A program made the position numbers and the translations under genes. From assembly GCA_016187515.1 (NCBI GenBank), contig JACPJN010000001.1, forward strand, positions 1 to 62,097: a stretch of 62,097 nucleotides of DNA. Reading direction: 5' to 3'. The notes beneath the pieces were generated by a model that ran no database searches, was not told the origin of the DNA, and was given only the letters and a program-made list of their open reading frames with translations. Below are positions 24,277 to 34,041 of the stretch, piece after piece. Numbering within the stretch: position 1 is the first letter of the stretch; the number at the start of each line of letters is the position of its first letter. The DNA comes from Candidatus Uhrbacteria bacterium. GTDB lineage: Bacteria > Patescibacteriota > Patescibacteriia > GWA2-47-26.

Positions 24277-24542
24277 CACGAAAGGGGAAAACCATGACGC
24301 TCTTTTTGGTGTGCGTGCTGAACAGTACGGTTCCGCTCGATCGCAAGATGTATCTGCGCTTGTTTGCCGCGGCCCAGGCCATGCGCCAGTCCGGAGGCGC
24401 GCGCAAGTACGACCTTGATGGCGAGGGAAAGTTTTCCGGGCGGCTGACCACCACTTGGGTATCGTGACTTCCCGCAACTGCGCATAAGCATCAATCGTTT
24501 GCTTACCCCGCTGTGGTTCACGCCACCGCGGGTTTGTTTTTT
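24277..24542 (+). ncRNA. Candidate unclassified structured RNA, copy 2 (~266 nt)
   Basis: Same unit as 20698-20944 with a 20-nt replacement insert at 24465-24484. Terminator hairpin 24507-24532 plus a T-run. Confidence 0.45.
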
Positions 24543-24650
24543 CTCCCAATTGCGTAGAATAAAGAAATCGAATTCTGTACCTTATGCGATTGACCGACCC
24601 CCTTGATTTTTTCCGCAAGATAGAGTAGGGTATGGTTCAGGAGGACAATC

Positions 24651-25229
24651 ATGGCGCTCGTTTCATTTCAGGAGTTTTTCCGCACGCACTTTGCAGGTGT
24701 ACAGGTACGGTCGCTGTATCTGACGATTCCGGTGCCGCAGCTGGGCGGGATCCTGGCCGCGCGCGAGCGTGAGACCGGGGAGCTTTTTGCCCAAGCCAGG
24801 GTCGCATCGTTCATCCCGGGGAAAGCGGGGTTCGCCGAATCAACCCGAGCGATTGAGGACGCACTGCGTTCATCGTGCGGGACGCTCTACAAGAATGTGC
24901 TCATCAGTTTGCCATGGGCGCGCGCGACGCAAACCGATCCGGTCGCGTTTTTTCACGAGTATTACGCGAGGTTTGCCGAGGCGTCTAATGTTCGGCAACC
25001 CAATCTTGACCTGGCATGGATGAGAGCAACTCCGCGCGAATACTTCAAAGCCCTGCTCCGTACCCTCGGGCGCGACCCAATGGATGTTTACGGTGCGCCA
25101 AATTCGGAGCGTGTTGACATCCATCCGACCGATCCCGAGCGCGGTTTGGTCAGTGCGCCGCCAAAGGTGCTTGCTCCGCGAGAAGGTGAAGTCCCCGCGC
25201 ATATTACCTATTCGCTTGTGCCGATCTAG
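24651..25229 (+). CDS. Hypothetical protein (192 aa)
   Basis: SD CAGGAGG upstream. No motif. Confidence 0.55.
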   Translation: MALVSFQEFFRTHFAGVQVRSLYLTIPVPQLGGILAARERETGELFAQARVASFIPGKAGFAESTRAIEDALRSSCGTLYKNVLISLPWARATQTDPVAFFHEYYARFAEASNVRQPNLDLAWMRATPREYFKALLRTLGRDPMDVYGAPNSERVDIHPTDPERGLVSAPPKVLAPREGEVPAHITYSLVPI

Positions 25230-25327
25230 GTTTTCTAAGCGTTGTTCTTTAAGGCCCGGCGCTTCGCTCGCCCGGGTTGTTTTTTTAAGCGGGTGTGGTA
25301 GGTTAGGGGTAGGAGGTAAAAGTCCAA

Positions 25328-25954
25328 ATGGGCACCTTGAAAGTAGGGGATAAGCTGATCTACTGCCGCGGAGAAAAAGGTTATTTTGAACTTTTGGAAG
25401 ATCCGCATTGGGCAGTGAAAATCCTTGCTGGCGGATTGTCGTTTTTCATGGGATCTCCGGAGCGGACCCGCGGTGGAATATGGGATTGTCCCGGCCTTAA
25501 GGACGCGCAAGCCATCGCGATCATGCGGATGGCGGGTAACCTTGGCGGTTTGAAAATGGCGGTAGCGTTTGATGATGAAGAACATTCCGGCGGGCCAACC
25601 TGCCTATTTGACGGTAAAGTCCAAGGCGGATCGCGCCGCAGCGGACTTTATCGCTGTAGTGCTCTTTTGAGATGCACTCCCGATTCGCAGCATTCGCGTT
25701 TTGAGCTATCCCGGATTGCAGGATCACCGTGGCGGCATGCTTTGGGGAGCATTTTGTCCTTGGGGCTCTGGAGTCCGGAAGATGAATGCCGAGAGGTGGT
25801 TGCCAGCTGGCATTGCCCGGGGCTGGGGGAGGAGCAGGCCGCCGCTGCCGCGCGGATGATCGCGGATCTGTTCTGTCTAAGAGCGTCGCGCGTCCAGGAT
25901 CCCGACGCGCCAAAAGACGTGCTGTTTGCGTTTGAGGAAATCCAACGGCCGTAG
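25328..25954 (+). CDS. Hypothetical protein (208 aa) with an internal duplication
   Basis: WDCPGLKDAQAIAIMRMAGNL versus WHCPGLGEEQAAAAARMIADL. Confidence 0.55.
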   Translation: MGTLKVGDKLIYCRGEKGYFELLEDPHWAVKILAGGLSFFMGSPERTRGGIWDCPGLKDAQAIAIMRMAGNLGGLKMAVAFDDEEHSGGPTCLFDGKVQGGSRRSGLYRCSALLRCTPDSQHSRFELSRIAGSPWRHALGSILSLGLWSPEDECREVVASWHCPGLGEEQAAAAARMIADLFCLRASRVQDPDAPKDVLFAFEEIQRP

Positions 25955-26003
25955 CGCTCACGGTGGTCTTTAGTTGAGGCGCGATCACGCCTGCACCATC
26001 TCG

Positions 26004-26036
26004 ACGGCCTTGGTCTTGTACCTTGGCCGTTTTTTG
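26004..26036 (+). terminator. Rho-independent terminator
   Basis: ACGGCC...GGCCGT stem with a small internal loop, followed by TTTTTGATTTTTTT. Confidence 0.55.
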
Positions 26037-26077
26037 ATTTTTTTGCGTGGTTTATTAGGAACTGCCCACCGCCGAGA

Positions 26078-26116
26078 ATAAAAAAGGACCTGCGGGCGAC
26101 GCGCGCCGCGCAGGTC
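26078..26116 (-). terminator. Rho-independent terminator of the minus-strand operon
   Basis: Minus-strand hairpin GACCTGCG...CGCAGGTC followed by a T-run (A-run 26077-26086 on the + strand). Confidence 0.65.
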
Positions 26117-26182
26117 GGAAAGGTACGGTTATCGCGATGCTTAGTTGCAGAATGAAGGAACGATGAGTCGGATGCCTACATC

Positions 26183-29100
26183 CTACTCATAACGATACCT
26201 GACCTCAACACAACCCAGGTATACGTGACACAGCGAGCAGTCCGGAGGCAAGCTGTCGGCGCAAATGTCTGGCCCAGGAGTATCGCCGACACAATCCACC
26301 TGCGAGACGACGCCGCTGGCCGGCAGTACATTCAGATCCCACCCGTGGTTGGTGTCGGTGTAGGATTCGCTGTAATCGGGGGTGAGGATCTCCAGGACCG
26401 TGCCGGGCGCGTCTGCGCAGACCGTTCTGGTATTCGTCCCTGTAGTCCAGTTGGCCATTGTTTCTTCCATGAGTGTGGTCACTTCCGCGCAAACGGATCT
26501 TCCGGAGGAGGACAAAGAAACGGTGACCGTTACGACCGGGCCGTGGCTGTCGAATTCGTCATCGCCGCCTCCAGTCCGAGTCAGGAACGCATCTCCATCG
26601 CCGGTAAGATCGCCTAGCCCGACGCAGGTGGTACAGACTCCATTGTCTGGATTCCCATCGCAATCGTCGTCCAGTCCGTTGCAGATCTCCGGAGAAGGAG
26701 TTGGCGCAGTGCACCGCGCCCAGGATCCGCCAATGCAGCTTTCAGTGCCGATGCCGCAGGCATTGGAGCAGTCGCGGAACAGACCCTCATCAATCGCATC
26801 GTTACAGTTATTGTCTGCTCCGTCACAGCTTTCCGGATTGCCGCTGAGCCCATCGTCCGCCACCCCGTCGCAGTCATCATCCAGCCCATTGCAGGTTTCT
26901 GGACGCACATCGCCGCGACAGACCCGTCGACCGGCTTCGCAGGCAAAACGGCCAAGACAGGGAACCGGATAGCGGTCATCAAAGCAGGCGTCCGCCGGAT
27001 CAATGTCAACCATGCCCTGCGGGTCGGTATTGTCCACAAACCCGTCACAGTCGTCGTCAACGCCGTTGCAGATCTCGTAGGCGCCCCATTCATCGCCGGA
27101 GCACTCTTCTGTCCAGCGATTTCCTCCCGCGGCCGGATCCCACATACAGCGCTGGATGCCGCGGATACAAAGCGGGCCAAGATCGCTCGCCGGACCGCAG
27201 GGGCGCGGCAGATTCACCAGAGGATTGCACGGACAGCCCTCGTCCATAATTCCGTCGCAGTCATCGTCAACCGTGTTGCAAAGTCCGTTTGCGCCCTCGT
27301 CAAACGCGCCTGCCCGCGGAAACACGCGGGCATTCCCGTCGTTACAATCCACGATCGCGGATTCGGGAAGCCATCTGCCGGAACACGCGCAGCGCATGGA
27401 TACCGGCCCGGAACCGGGCACTCCGTCGTTGTCCGCGTCAAACACGCAGGGAACGCGAACCGCTTCTTCATTCGCTTCCCCGTTGCAGTTTTCATCCCGC
27501 GCCAGGGGATCGCAAATTTCTTGCGCGGGCGCTACTTCACCGATGCAGCCGGATGACCAGGATGCGGAGTTGATACCTGCCGCCTCACAGGTTCGGAAGC
27601 CGGCGCGGCAGACCCCGATTCCATCGGTTTCAACCGAGCCACTGTAGCACCAGTCGGTCAGGGAGTAGTCCTGACGCCGCTCATTATCCTCATTGCAGGA
27701 AAACGCGGTCAGGTGCCGCCAGCCGCAGCAGTCATCCCAGTTCAGGCAGTTGTCAATGTAGCCGTCGCAGTTGTCGTCGGCGCCGTTGCAGTACTCCTCG
27801 TCGGAGAAGAGCTCGCAGTACGGAGTGACGTTTGCGGCGTCAAACATGATTTGCAGGCCGGAACAGTATTCGCGGCTAAGTCCCCGGAGCACGTCAGCGC
27901 TTGCCGCATGGCAGGTAGCGATCATGAATGCCGCAAATTCTTCAATGTTCATGCCGCTGACGCCGCCCGGGCGGGGAAGCCGATAGGATGTCGCATCCAT
28001 CAGGTACTGCATGCGCCGGACGTTATCCTCGGATACTCCCCAGCGAATCAGCGTGCGCACAATCGGCGCACCGAAAAGGAGTTTGTTGGCCGTTGCCTGG
28101 AAGTTCGTGCTTGTGTCAGTCCAATTTCCGCCCATGCCGGTGGTAATCGGGACTGCCGCGGCATATCCTTGCATTTGGAACGCCTGGGGAGCGGTTTGCG
28201 CACTGCTGTAATTTGTCTGCCAACTGCAGTTTATCGCGCCAGCCGCAAGCTGTCTCAAACATTCCACAAGCAGAGACCCGATGTCAACAAAGCCATGATG
28301 GATTGCTTCTTCATCCGCGACAGTATTGTTATGCTGCATATATGGCCCGTACACCAGATGGTATGCTTCATGCTCCGGAGCAAGATTTGCTGTGCAGTCA
28401 ACCATTTGCCCCATCGCATTCATTCCGAATGCCAGGCGGATCTGCCTGAATGCCTGGTGCCACACTGCAACGCCACAGCCCACTACGGCTGGAGTGACAA
28501 TGTTGACGTTGAACTGATTGACCCAAGTCAAGTTGGGATTATCAACCAAGGTGATCTGATTTTCGCCAGTAAACGCTACAGGCATGCCATCCACAAAATC
28601 ATAGGTGTCAGTGGTTTTATCCCAGGCGCGTCGTTGCGGAGTTCCAGCCGCTGGCTGCATTGCTGACCCGTCAACGCTAAGCACAGGTTGATCGTTGCGT
28701 ACGGACGTATCCCGAAGTATCGCTCCGGTTACCGCGTCCACCACCCGTTCGTACACATCGTCGTCGGTGCGCTGATACACAGCCACATACGCGAGTACGT
28801 GCGTTTGCGTCTCCAGTGGAAGCGTAGGATCATCCGGCACATACTTGAGTGTCGGACCATCCACGACAGTTGACCCTGCCGGAAGTCCGGTGACGACCTC
28901 GGCCTCGGAAATTGTGGCCGTAGTCGGAGCATCAGGAACGACCGGCACATTGTAGACCTCTGCCGACATGACCCGATGGTCGCGGACGAGGATGAGTACG
29001 CCGCCGCTTTGCACAGTATAGTCGCCATGCACTTGCTGGTAGCGCACAAATACGCTTGCTTCCGAGTCCGGCGCAAGAGCGAACTCATCATTGAACACCA

Positions 29101-29626
29101 GTTCTGCGTCAGGATCAGAAAGTCCCAGCGCGGCCGCTTCCGCGTAAATGAACGCGTCCGCGCACTCCCGCGGCGTGGTCGTATCCGCACAGCGGAAGAA
29201 AGGCGACCAGTGCTGACCCGTAAGCAAGGTAGGCCCGCTCCTTCCAGGCCGCGTAAACGCCCAAAGCGGTCCGGTCCGGCTTTCCAGATCATCAATATTG
29301 CGTTCAAGCTCTGCCACGATGTCGGCGTTGCAGATGCCGCCTTCGTCAGTAGCGCCATCGCAGTTGTTGTCTACTGAATCACAAACCTCGGCGGCCGGCG
29401 TGATTTCGTCTTCACACCGTTCCACGATCTTTCCATTGTGCTCAAAGCACAGGCGGACGCCTACCTGGCAAGGTCCGATCCCGGCCGTGCCCTTTGTTCC
29501 GGTGTAGCAAATATCGGAAAGACCGGGCGGGCAAGGGACAGTAGTTTCGCTTTGGCAGGCAATGACCGAAGTCAAACCCGCGATGGCAAGGATTACGATT
29601 GCGCGTTGGTTAGCGGTGGTTTTCAT
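26183..29626 (-). CDS. Secreted M4 (thermolysin)-like zinc metalloprotease with many Cys-rich CNGxDDDCDG repeats
   Basis: Start at MKTTANQRAIVILAIAGLTSVIAC (lipobox-like). HEAYH plus the downstream EEAIHHGF gives HExxH...E. More than 10 C-x-DDDCDG-x-x-DE/DN repeats (MopE-like putative metal-binding motif). Confidence 0.7.
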   Translation of the reverse strand: MKTTANQRAIVILAIAGLTSVIACQSETTVPCPPGLSDICYTGTKGTAGIGPCQVGVRLCFEHNGKIVERCEDEITPAAEVCDSVDNNCDGATDEGGICNADIVAELERNIDDLESRTGPLWAFTRPGRSGPTLLTGQHWSPFFRCADTTTPRECADAFIYAEAAALGLSDPDAELVFNDEFALAPDSEASVFVRYQQVHGDYTVQSGGVLILVRDHRVMSAEVYNVPVVPDAPTTATISEAEVVTGLPAGSTVVDGPTLKYVPDDPTLPLETQTHVLAYVAVYQRTDDDVYERVVDAVTGAILRDTSVRNDQPVLSVDGSAMQPAAGTPQRRAWDKTTDTYDFVDGMPVAFTGENQITLVDNPNLTWVNQFNVNIVTPAVVGCGVAVWHQAFRQIRLAFGMNAMGQMVDCTANLAPEHEAYHLVYGPYMQHNNTVADEEAIHHGFVDIGSLLVECLRQLAAGAINCSWQTNYSSAQTAPQAFQMQGYAAAVPITTGMGGNWTDTSTNFQATANKLLFGAPIVRTLIRWGVSEDNVRRMQYLMDATSYRLPRPGGVSGMNIEEFAAFMIATCHAASADVLRGLSREYCSGLQIMFDAANVTPYCELFSDEEYCNGADDNCDGYIDNCLNWDDCCGWRHLTAFSCNEDNERRQDYSLTDWCYSGSVETDGIGVCRAGFRTCEAAGINSASWSSGCIGEVAPAQEICDPLARDENCNGEANEEAVRVPCVFDADNDGVPGSGPVSMRCACSGRWLPESAIVDCNDGNARVFPRAGAFDEGANGLCNTVDDDCDGIMDEGCPCNPLVNLPRPCGPASDLGPLCIRGIQRCMWDPAAGGNRWTEECSGDEWGAYEICNGVDDDCDGFVDNTDPQGMVDIDPADACFDDRYPVPCLGRFACEAGRRVCRGDVRPETCNGLDDDCDGVADDGLSGNPESCDGADNNCNDAIDEGLFRDCSNACGIGTESCIGGSWARCTAPTPSPEICNGLDDDCDGNPDNGVCTTCVGLGDLTGDGDAFLTRTGGGDDEFDSHGPVVTVTVSLSSSGRSVCAEVTTLMEETMANWTTGTNTRTVCADAPGTVLEILTPDYSESYTDTNHGWDLNVLPASGVVSQVDCVGDTPGPDICADSLPPDCSLCHVYLGCVEVRYRYE

Positions 29627-29673
29627 CTCGAGCCCTCTCTTGCGGTGTGGTGGGTATTTGTTCGTCGCGGCGT

Positions 29674-30831
29674 TCATCGCCATTCACCTCCCAGGCCAAA
29701 CGACACGCCTGCCGCGGCGTCTCGATCGGTTTCAGTTATCTCTCTGGCCCCTTGGATTCTGGTCGCGCTGCGCGAAATGGATATTCCGGCAATGGCCAAA
29801 GAGCAATACGGATTAGCCGGTTTAAGCAAAGGAATCCGTAAACTCAAGCCGACCTTACCCAGGTAGCCGCTTGCGCGATCATCAGCTGTTCCGTCCAGGC
29901 GCAGCCAAAATGCCTCCGCGGCCAGAAATGGGTGAATACGCCAGAACGACCAAGCCGGTACGCCCAGATAGACCTGCGCGGTCGGTCCGGGCCTTTCTTC
30001 AGTGAACGACTGCACGGCCCCCACCTCAATACCCCATTCCAAGCGCTGATCAGCAATCCCGAACCTGGCGCGGATTGCCGCATTTTTGACCAGCGTGCCG
30101 GCCAGTGTGTCAACGGACGCGCCAAGGATTACCCGCGAGCCATCTTTGCCCGGCGGTCCCGCGGTTGCTTTTTCCCTTATGATGGTCTTTACCACCTTGG
30201 TCTTTACCACCTTGGGTTGTTCCTTAATCACAGTAATAACTTCAGGATCAACAGCAACCGTAATGACGGTTTCGCGCCCGGAATTATCGTCTGGGCATCC
30301 GGACCAGCTTTCGCCATCCGACCATTTTCCGCCATAGGATTCAATGGTTACCATGCGGTAGGCAAGCATGCGCCGGAGTTCAGGATTTTCCGTAAGTGGA
30401 CGGGCTTCAAAAGTCCGGAGTAGGGCGCGGCGCAGCTGCGCCGCGCATTCGTTGGCGCGCGCTTGCGCGGCAACGCGATTGATCCACTCATTCTGCGCGC
30501 GCTTATCGCTGATGCCCCGTTGGCTCCTCAACGTATTACTTACTCGTTCGGATGCGTCGCGAGCGTCTGCGCCGGCGCGACAGCGCACACTGATGCGATC
30601 GACCGACACGCCCGCGTCAAGAAGCTCTCCCACGCGATTGCCGATCTTGCCAAACAGGTCTTGGTGGACAGCTGAAGAGTAATCCACCTCATCCATCCGA
30701 AACCCGCTTTCAGTGTCTGCCGGCGGCGGCAGACAAAAGGTCGTCAACTGCACATTCTGCTCATCCGCGTTTGCGCTGCCGGAGCAGAGCGCAATCGCAA
30801 TGCCCGTGATCAGTGTCTTCCTTGCTGACAT
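29674..30831 (-). CDS. Secreted protein of unknown function (385 aa)
   Basis: Signal peptide MSARKTLITGIAIALCSGSANA. Tandem KVVKT duplication. Co-oriented with the protease and 47 nt upstream of it. Confidence 0.6.
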   Translation of the reverse strand: MSARKTLITGIAIALCSGSANADEQNVQLTTFCLPPPADTESGFRMDEVDYSSAVHQDLFGKIGNRVGELLDAGVSVDRISVRCRAGADARDASERVSNTLRSQRGISDKRAQNEWINRVAAQARANECAAQLRRALLRTFEARPLTENPELRRMLAYRMVTIESYGGKWSDGESWSGCPDDNSGRETVITVAVDPEVITVIKEQPKVVKTKVVKTIIREKATAGPPGKDGSRVILGASVDTLAGTLVKNAAIRARFGIADQRLEWGIEVGAVQSFTEERPGPTAQVYLGVPAWSFWRIHPFLAAEAFWLRLDGTADDRASGYLGKVGLSLRIPLLKPANPYCSLAIAGISISRSATRIQGAREITETDRDAAAGVSFGLGGEWR

Positions 30832-30976
30832 GTTTATGGCCTCCGTGGCGGTTTGTTTTTGCTGCTTGCTTAATTGTCAAGGTTCGTGCTCTATTCATAA
30901 TGTAATATAAACCGACGGGAATGTCAATTGCGTGTATAGCGCGCGGACCGGACACCTGTTCAACCCCATAACATAA

Positions 30977-31005
30977 TTGACAGGGCGACGGTAAACTGGT
31001 ACCAT
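30977..31005 (+). promoter_or_regulatory. Promoter
   Basis: TTGACA-N17-TACCAT, 17 nt before ATG 31023. Confidence 0.6.
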
Positions 31006-31022
31006 GGCAATGCCAATGATAT

Positions 31023-31733
31023 ATGCCTACTTTAATATTCGACATCGAAACCGTGGGAGAGGAGTTTGATACGCTGGATGAGACGACTAAAGAGGGGCTG
31101 ACCCGCTGGATTAAGAAAGAGGCGGACAATGAGCAGGATTATCAAGCCGCGCTTAAGGATTTGAAAGAGGGGCTGGGCTTTTCGCCTTTGACCGGCCAGA
31201 TTGTGGCCATTGGCGTGCTTGATTTTGAAAAAGACAAAGCCGCGGTGTATTTCCAAGCGCCGGGTCAGCAGTTTGGGGATTTTGAAGAGGATGGCGTGAC
31301 TTTCCGCCAAATGACCGAAAAAGAAATGCTCCAGAATTTTTGGAAAGGCGCGAGCAATTATGATGAGTTTGCGACCTTTAACGGCCGCGGATTTGACGCG
31401 CCGTTTTTGATGATCCGCAGCGCAATTCATGGCTTGCGCCCGACTTTTGATCTGATGTCCAATCGGTACTTAAGCCGGCAGTGGCATGGGCCGCGGCATG
31501 TGGATCTCATGGATCAGTTAAGTTTTTACGGAGCCACGCGCCGGAAAGGAAGCTTGCATTTATATTGCCGCGCGTTTGGCATTAAAAGTCCCAAGGGCGA
31601 GGGGATCACCGGGGATGATGTTGGTCCGCTTTTCAAAGCGCGCAAGTTCAAAGAAATCGCGCGCTACAACGTTGGTGATTTGCGGGCTACGAAAGAGTTG
31701 TACGAGTATTGGAAAAAATATCTGGCACAGTAA
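31023..31733 (+). CDS. RNase H-fold 3'-5' exonuclease (PolB-exonuclease-like)
   Basis: LIFDIETVG (Exo I), TFNGRGFDAPFL (Exo II) and YNVGDLRAT (Exo III-like). Confidence 0.7.
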   Translation: MPTLIFDIETVGEEFDTLDETTKEGLTRWIKKEADNEQDYQAALKDLKEGLGFSPLTGQIVAIGVLDFEKDKAAVYFQAPGQQFGDFEEDGVTFRQMTEKEMLQNFWKGASNYDEFATFNGRGFDAPFLMIRSAIHGLRPTFDLMSNRYLSRQWHGPRHVDLMDQLSFYGATRRKGSLHLYCRAFGIKSPKGEGITGDDVGPLFKARKFKEIARYNVGDLRATKELYEYWKKYLAQ

Positions 31734-31853
31734 GCAATATGCGGATTATTTCCGGCCGCACTTCACGGAATAAGGTGGTTGAGATTATATGAGGCAGGAG
31801 CAAACTGGAATCGCGGCCTTCAGGGATTTTGAAGAAGAAAGGCAGGTAATACT

Positions 31854-32582
31854 ATGGAGCAGGAAGTGAAAATTAAAACCAAGGATGGGAAGACGATTTA
31901 TGGATTTCTGCGCGGGAGTGTGCGGAAGCCCGTGGTTGTGTTTGTGCATGGGTTGCTTGGATCAATGCACCAGCATATCTTTTACAACGGTGCGCGGTTT
32001 TTTGAGCGTCACGGATTTTCCTCTTTCCGATTTAATTTGTACGACTGGCGGCGTGGTGCGCGGAAACTCCATGAATGTACGTTAGAGGTGCACGCTGCGG
32101 ATCTTGATCTGGTGATTGAATATCTACGTAGCAAAGGTGCGCGAAAGGTATTTGCAGTGGGTCACAGTTATGGCGGCCCTACCATTTTGATGTCCAAGAA
32201 AAAGCAGTACGATGCGGTGGTGCTTTGGGATTCCTCGTATGGACAGTCAGTCACATTCAAGAAGGCACGGTATCTGAAAGAACTGGATGCATATATGGAA
32301 ACTTGGTCCCACCGGATTATTTTTGGTAAGAAGATGGCGAAAGAGGCGAATCAGATAACACCGGCAAAATCACGCGCACTTATTCAGGAGCTTCGCATAC
32401 CAGTAAAAATTGTCGTGGCGGAGAAGGGAATCTTAGTGAAAGGTGGTAAGCAATATTTCTCCGCTGCGAATTCGCCAAAGAGTTTTGCGATAGTGAAGGG
32501 CGCTGACCACAGTTTTAATCGTGCGGGTAACGAGGAGGCATTATTTCGGGAGACGCTTGTGTGGTTGAGGAAATGGAGGTAG
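31854..32582 (+). CDS. Alpha/beta hydrolase
   Basis: VVFVHGLLGS and the nucleophile elbow GHSYGG. Confidence 0.75.
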   Translation: MEQEVKIKTKDGKTIYGFLRGSVRKPVVVFVHGLLGSMHQHIFYNGARFFERHGFSSFRFNLYDWRRGARKLHECTLEVHAADLDLVIEYLRSKGARKVFAVGHSYGGPTILMSKKKQYDAVVLWDSSYGQSVTFKKARYLKELDAYMETWSHRIIFGKKMAKEANQITPAKSRALIQELRIPVKIVVAEKGILVKGGKQYFSAANSPKSFAIVKGADHSFNRAGNEEALFRETLVWLRKWR

Positions 32583-32644
32583 AATAGCGGTTCATAACCC
32601 CTCCCAACCTCCCCTTATCTTAAGGGGAGGAGATTAAGTTGTAT

Positions 32645-33769
32645 ATGGCAAACAAAGATTACTATCAAATTCTAGGAGTTGCCAAGTCCGCGTCGGCTGC
32701 CGAGATCAAGGATGCGTTCCGCAAGAAAGCCATGGAGCATCATCCGGATCGGGGGGGAAACGCGGAAAAGTTTAAGGAGTTGAATGAGGCGTATCAGGCG
32801 CTGGGGAGTTCGGAGACGCGCAAACAATACGACCAGTACGGCTCCAGCTTTGAGCAAATGCGGCGGCAGGGATTTTATGGTGGATTTTCCGCCAAAGGCG
32901 GATCCGCCTCTGGCGGAGATCCGCGCGAAATGGGTTTTGATATTGGCGATCTTTCGGATTTGTTTGGCGGGCTGGGGGATATTTTCGGGTTTTCCGCCAG
33001 AGGCGGATCCGCCTCTGGCGGAGGTGGTAGAACGCGCGGACGCGATATTGAAGTGGCCATTGAAATTCCGTTTGAAGAGGCGGTCCATGGCGGCACGCGC
33101 GAGTTGGAGCTTGAAAAAGTAAATCAATGCGCGCGCTGCAGCGGCTCGGGCGCGGAGCCGGGCAGCGGATTTAAAAATTGTCCAACCTGCGGCGGTAAAG
33201 GAAAAGTATCCAAAGTGGTGAATTCGTTTTTTGGCGCCATGCAAACCGTAACCACTTGCGGTTCCTGCCATGGGATTGGAAAATACCCGGAAAAAGAGTG
33301 CGGCGCTTGTCACGGCAAAGGAGTCGCGCGCGGAAAACGCGTGCTCAAAGTAAAAATTCCGGCCGGGATTGAAGACGGCGGAACGATCAGATTTTCTGGT
33401 GAGGGTGAGGCAGTGCGCGCCGGAGGCAGCGGAGATTTATATTTGCACGTGCGGATTAAAGAGTCGAAAGAATTTGAACGCCGCGAAAATGATATTTGGA
33501 GCAAAGCGGTAGTTTCATTTAAAACCGCGGCGCTGGGAGGAGTGGTGGATATTCCGACCGTAGACGGTCTGCGCGAGCTTAAAATTCCGGCTGGCACGCA
33601 GTCCGGCAGTGTGATGAGGATTAAGGGTCTGGGCGTGCCGCATTTAGGACGTGGCCGCCCCGGGGATGAACCCCGGGCAAGGGGCGATCACTATGTGGAG
33701 ATCCACATCAGAGTCCCAGAACATCTTTCGCGGCACCAGAAAAGGATGCTGGAGGAATGGGAAGGATAG
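32645..33769 (+). CDS. dnaJ: Co-chaperone DnaJ
   Basis: J domain DYYQILGV...HPD and four CxxCxGxG zinc-finger repeats. Confidence 0.95.
   Translation: MANKDYYQILGVAKSASAAEIKDAFRKKAMEHHPDRGGNAEKFKELNEAYQALGSSETRKQYDQYGSSFEQMRRQGFYGGFSAKGGSASGGDPREMGFDIGDLSDLFGGLGDIFGFSARGGSASGGGGRTRGRDIEVAIEIPFEEAVHGGTRELELEKVNQCARCSGSGAEPGSGFKNCPTCGGKGKVSKVVNSFFGAMQTVTTCGSCHGIGKYPEKECGACHGKGVARGKRVLKVKIPAGIEDGGTIRFSGEGEAVRAGGSGDLYLHVRIKESKEFERRENDIWSKAVVSFKTAALGGVVDIPTVDGLRELKIPAGTQSGSVMRIKGLGVPHLGRGRPGDEPRARGDHYVEIHIRVPEHLSRHQKRMLEEWEG
32887..33024. repeat. Two copies of a TCCGCC/GGCGGA cruciform element inside the DnaJ G/F linker
   Basis: TTCCGCCAAAGGCGGATCCGCCTCTGGCGGAG (32887-) and TTCCGCCAGAGGCGGATCCGCCTCTGGCGGAG (32992-), both read as S-A-(K/R)-G-G-S-A-S-G-G. 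Confidence 0.8.
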
Positions 33770-33774
33770 GGAGG

Positions 33775-34018
33775 CGTCGGTTGCCGCGCAGCGGCAGCCC
33801 GCGCAAAAGACGCACACGGCAAGAGTCGCTCAAGGCACCCGCCGTCAGTGTGGCTGGCAATACAAGGGTTCTCTTCCGTCCCTTTGCAATTTAGGAGCAT
33901 TAGGTAAAATTGCAAAGAGGACTGCAGACGCTCCCAAAATTGCCTTGCCACCCTGCCGGCAGGCGCCTCTCGCTCGGGCGGGTGGTTAGGTCTGCGGGCT
34001 ATCCGCCGCGCGGCAACC
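33775..34018. mobile_element. MITE-like GC-rich element with terminal inverted repeats
   Basis: GTCGGTTGCCGCGCAGCGG at the left end and CCGCCGCGCGGCAACC at the right end are reverse complements. The left ~45 nt and right ~17 nt recur at 36505-36665. Confidence 0.65.
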
Positions 34019-34041
34019 TCCTTTTGGAGGGAAAAAATTAT

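Noticed and set aside
26183-30831. The protease operon as a compositionally distinct GC-rich island
   Set aside because: One hand-counted line gave 60% GC, but dnaK and typA lines gave 65% and 53%. GC content alone does not separate it from the backbone. Only gene content and orientation are unusual.
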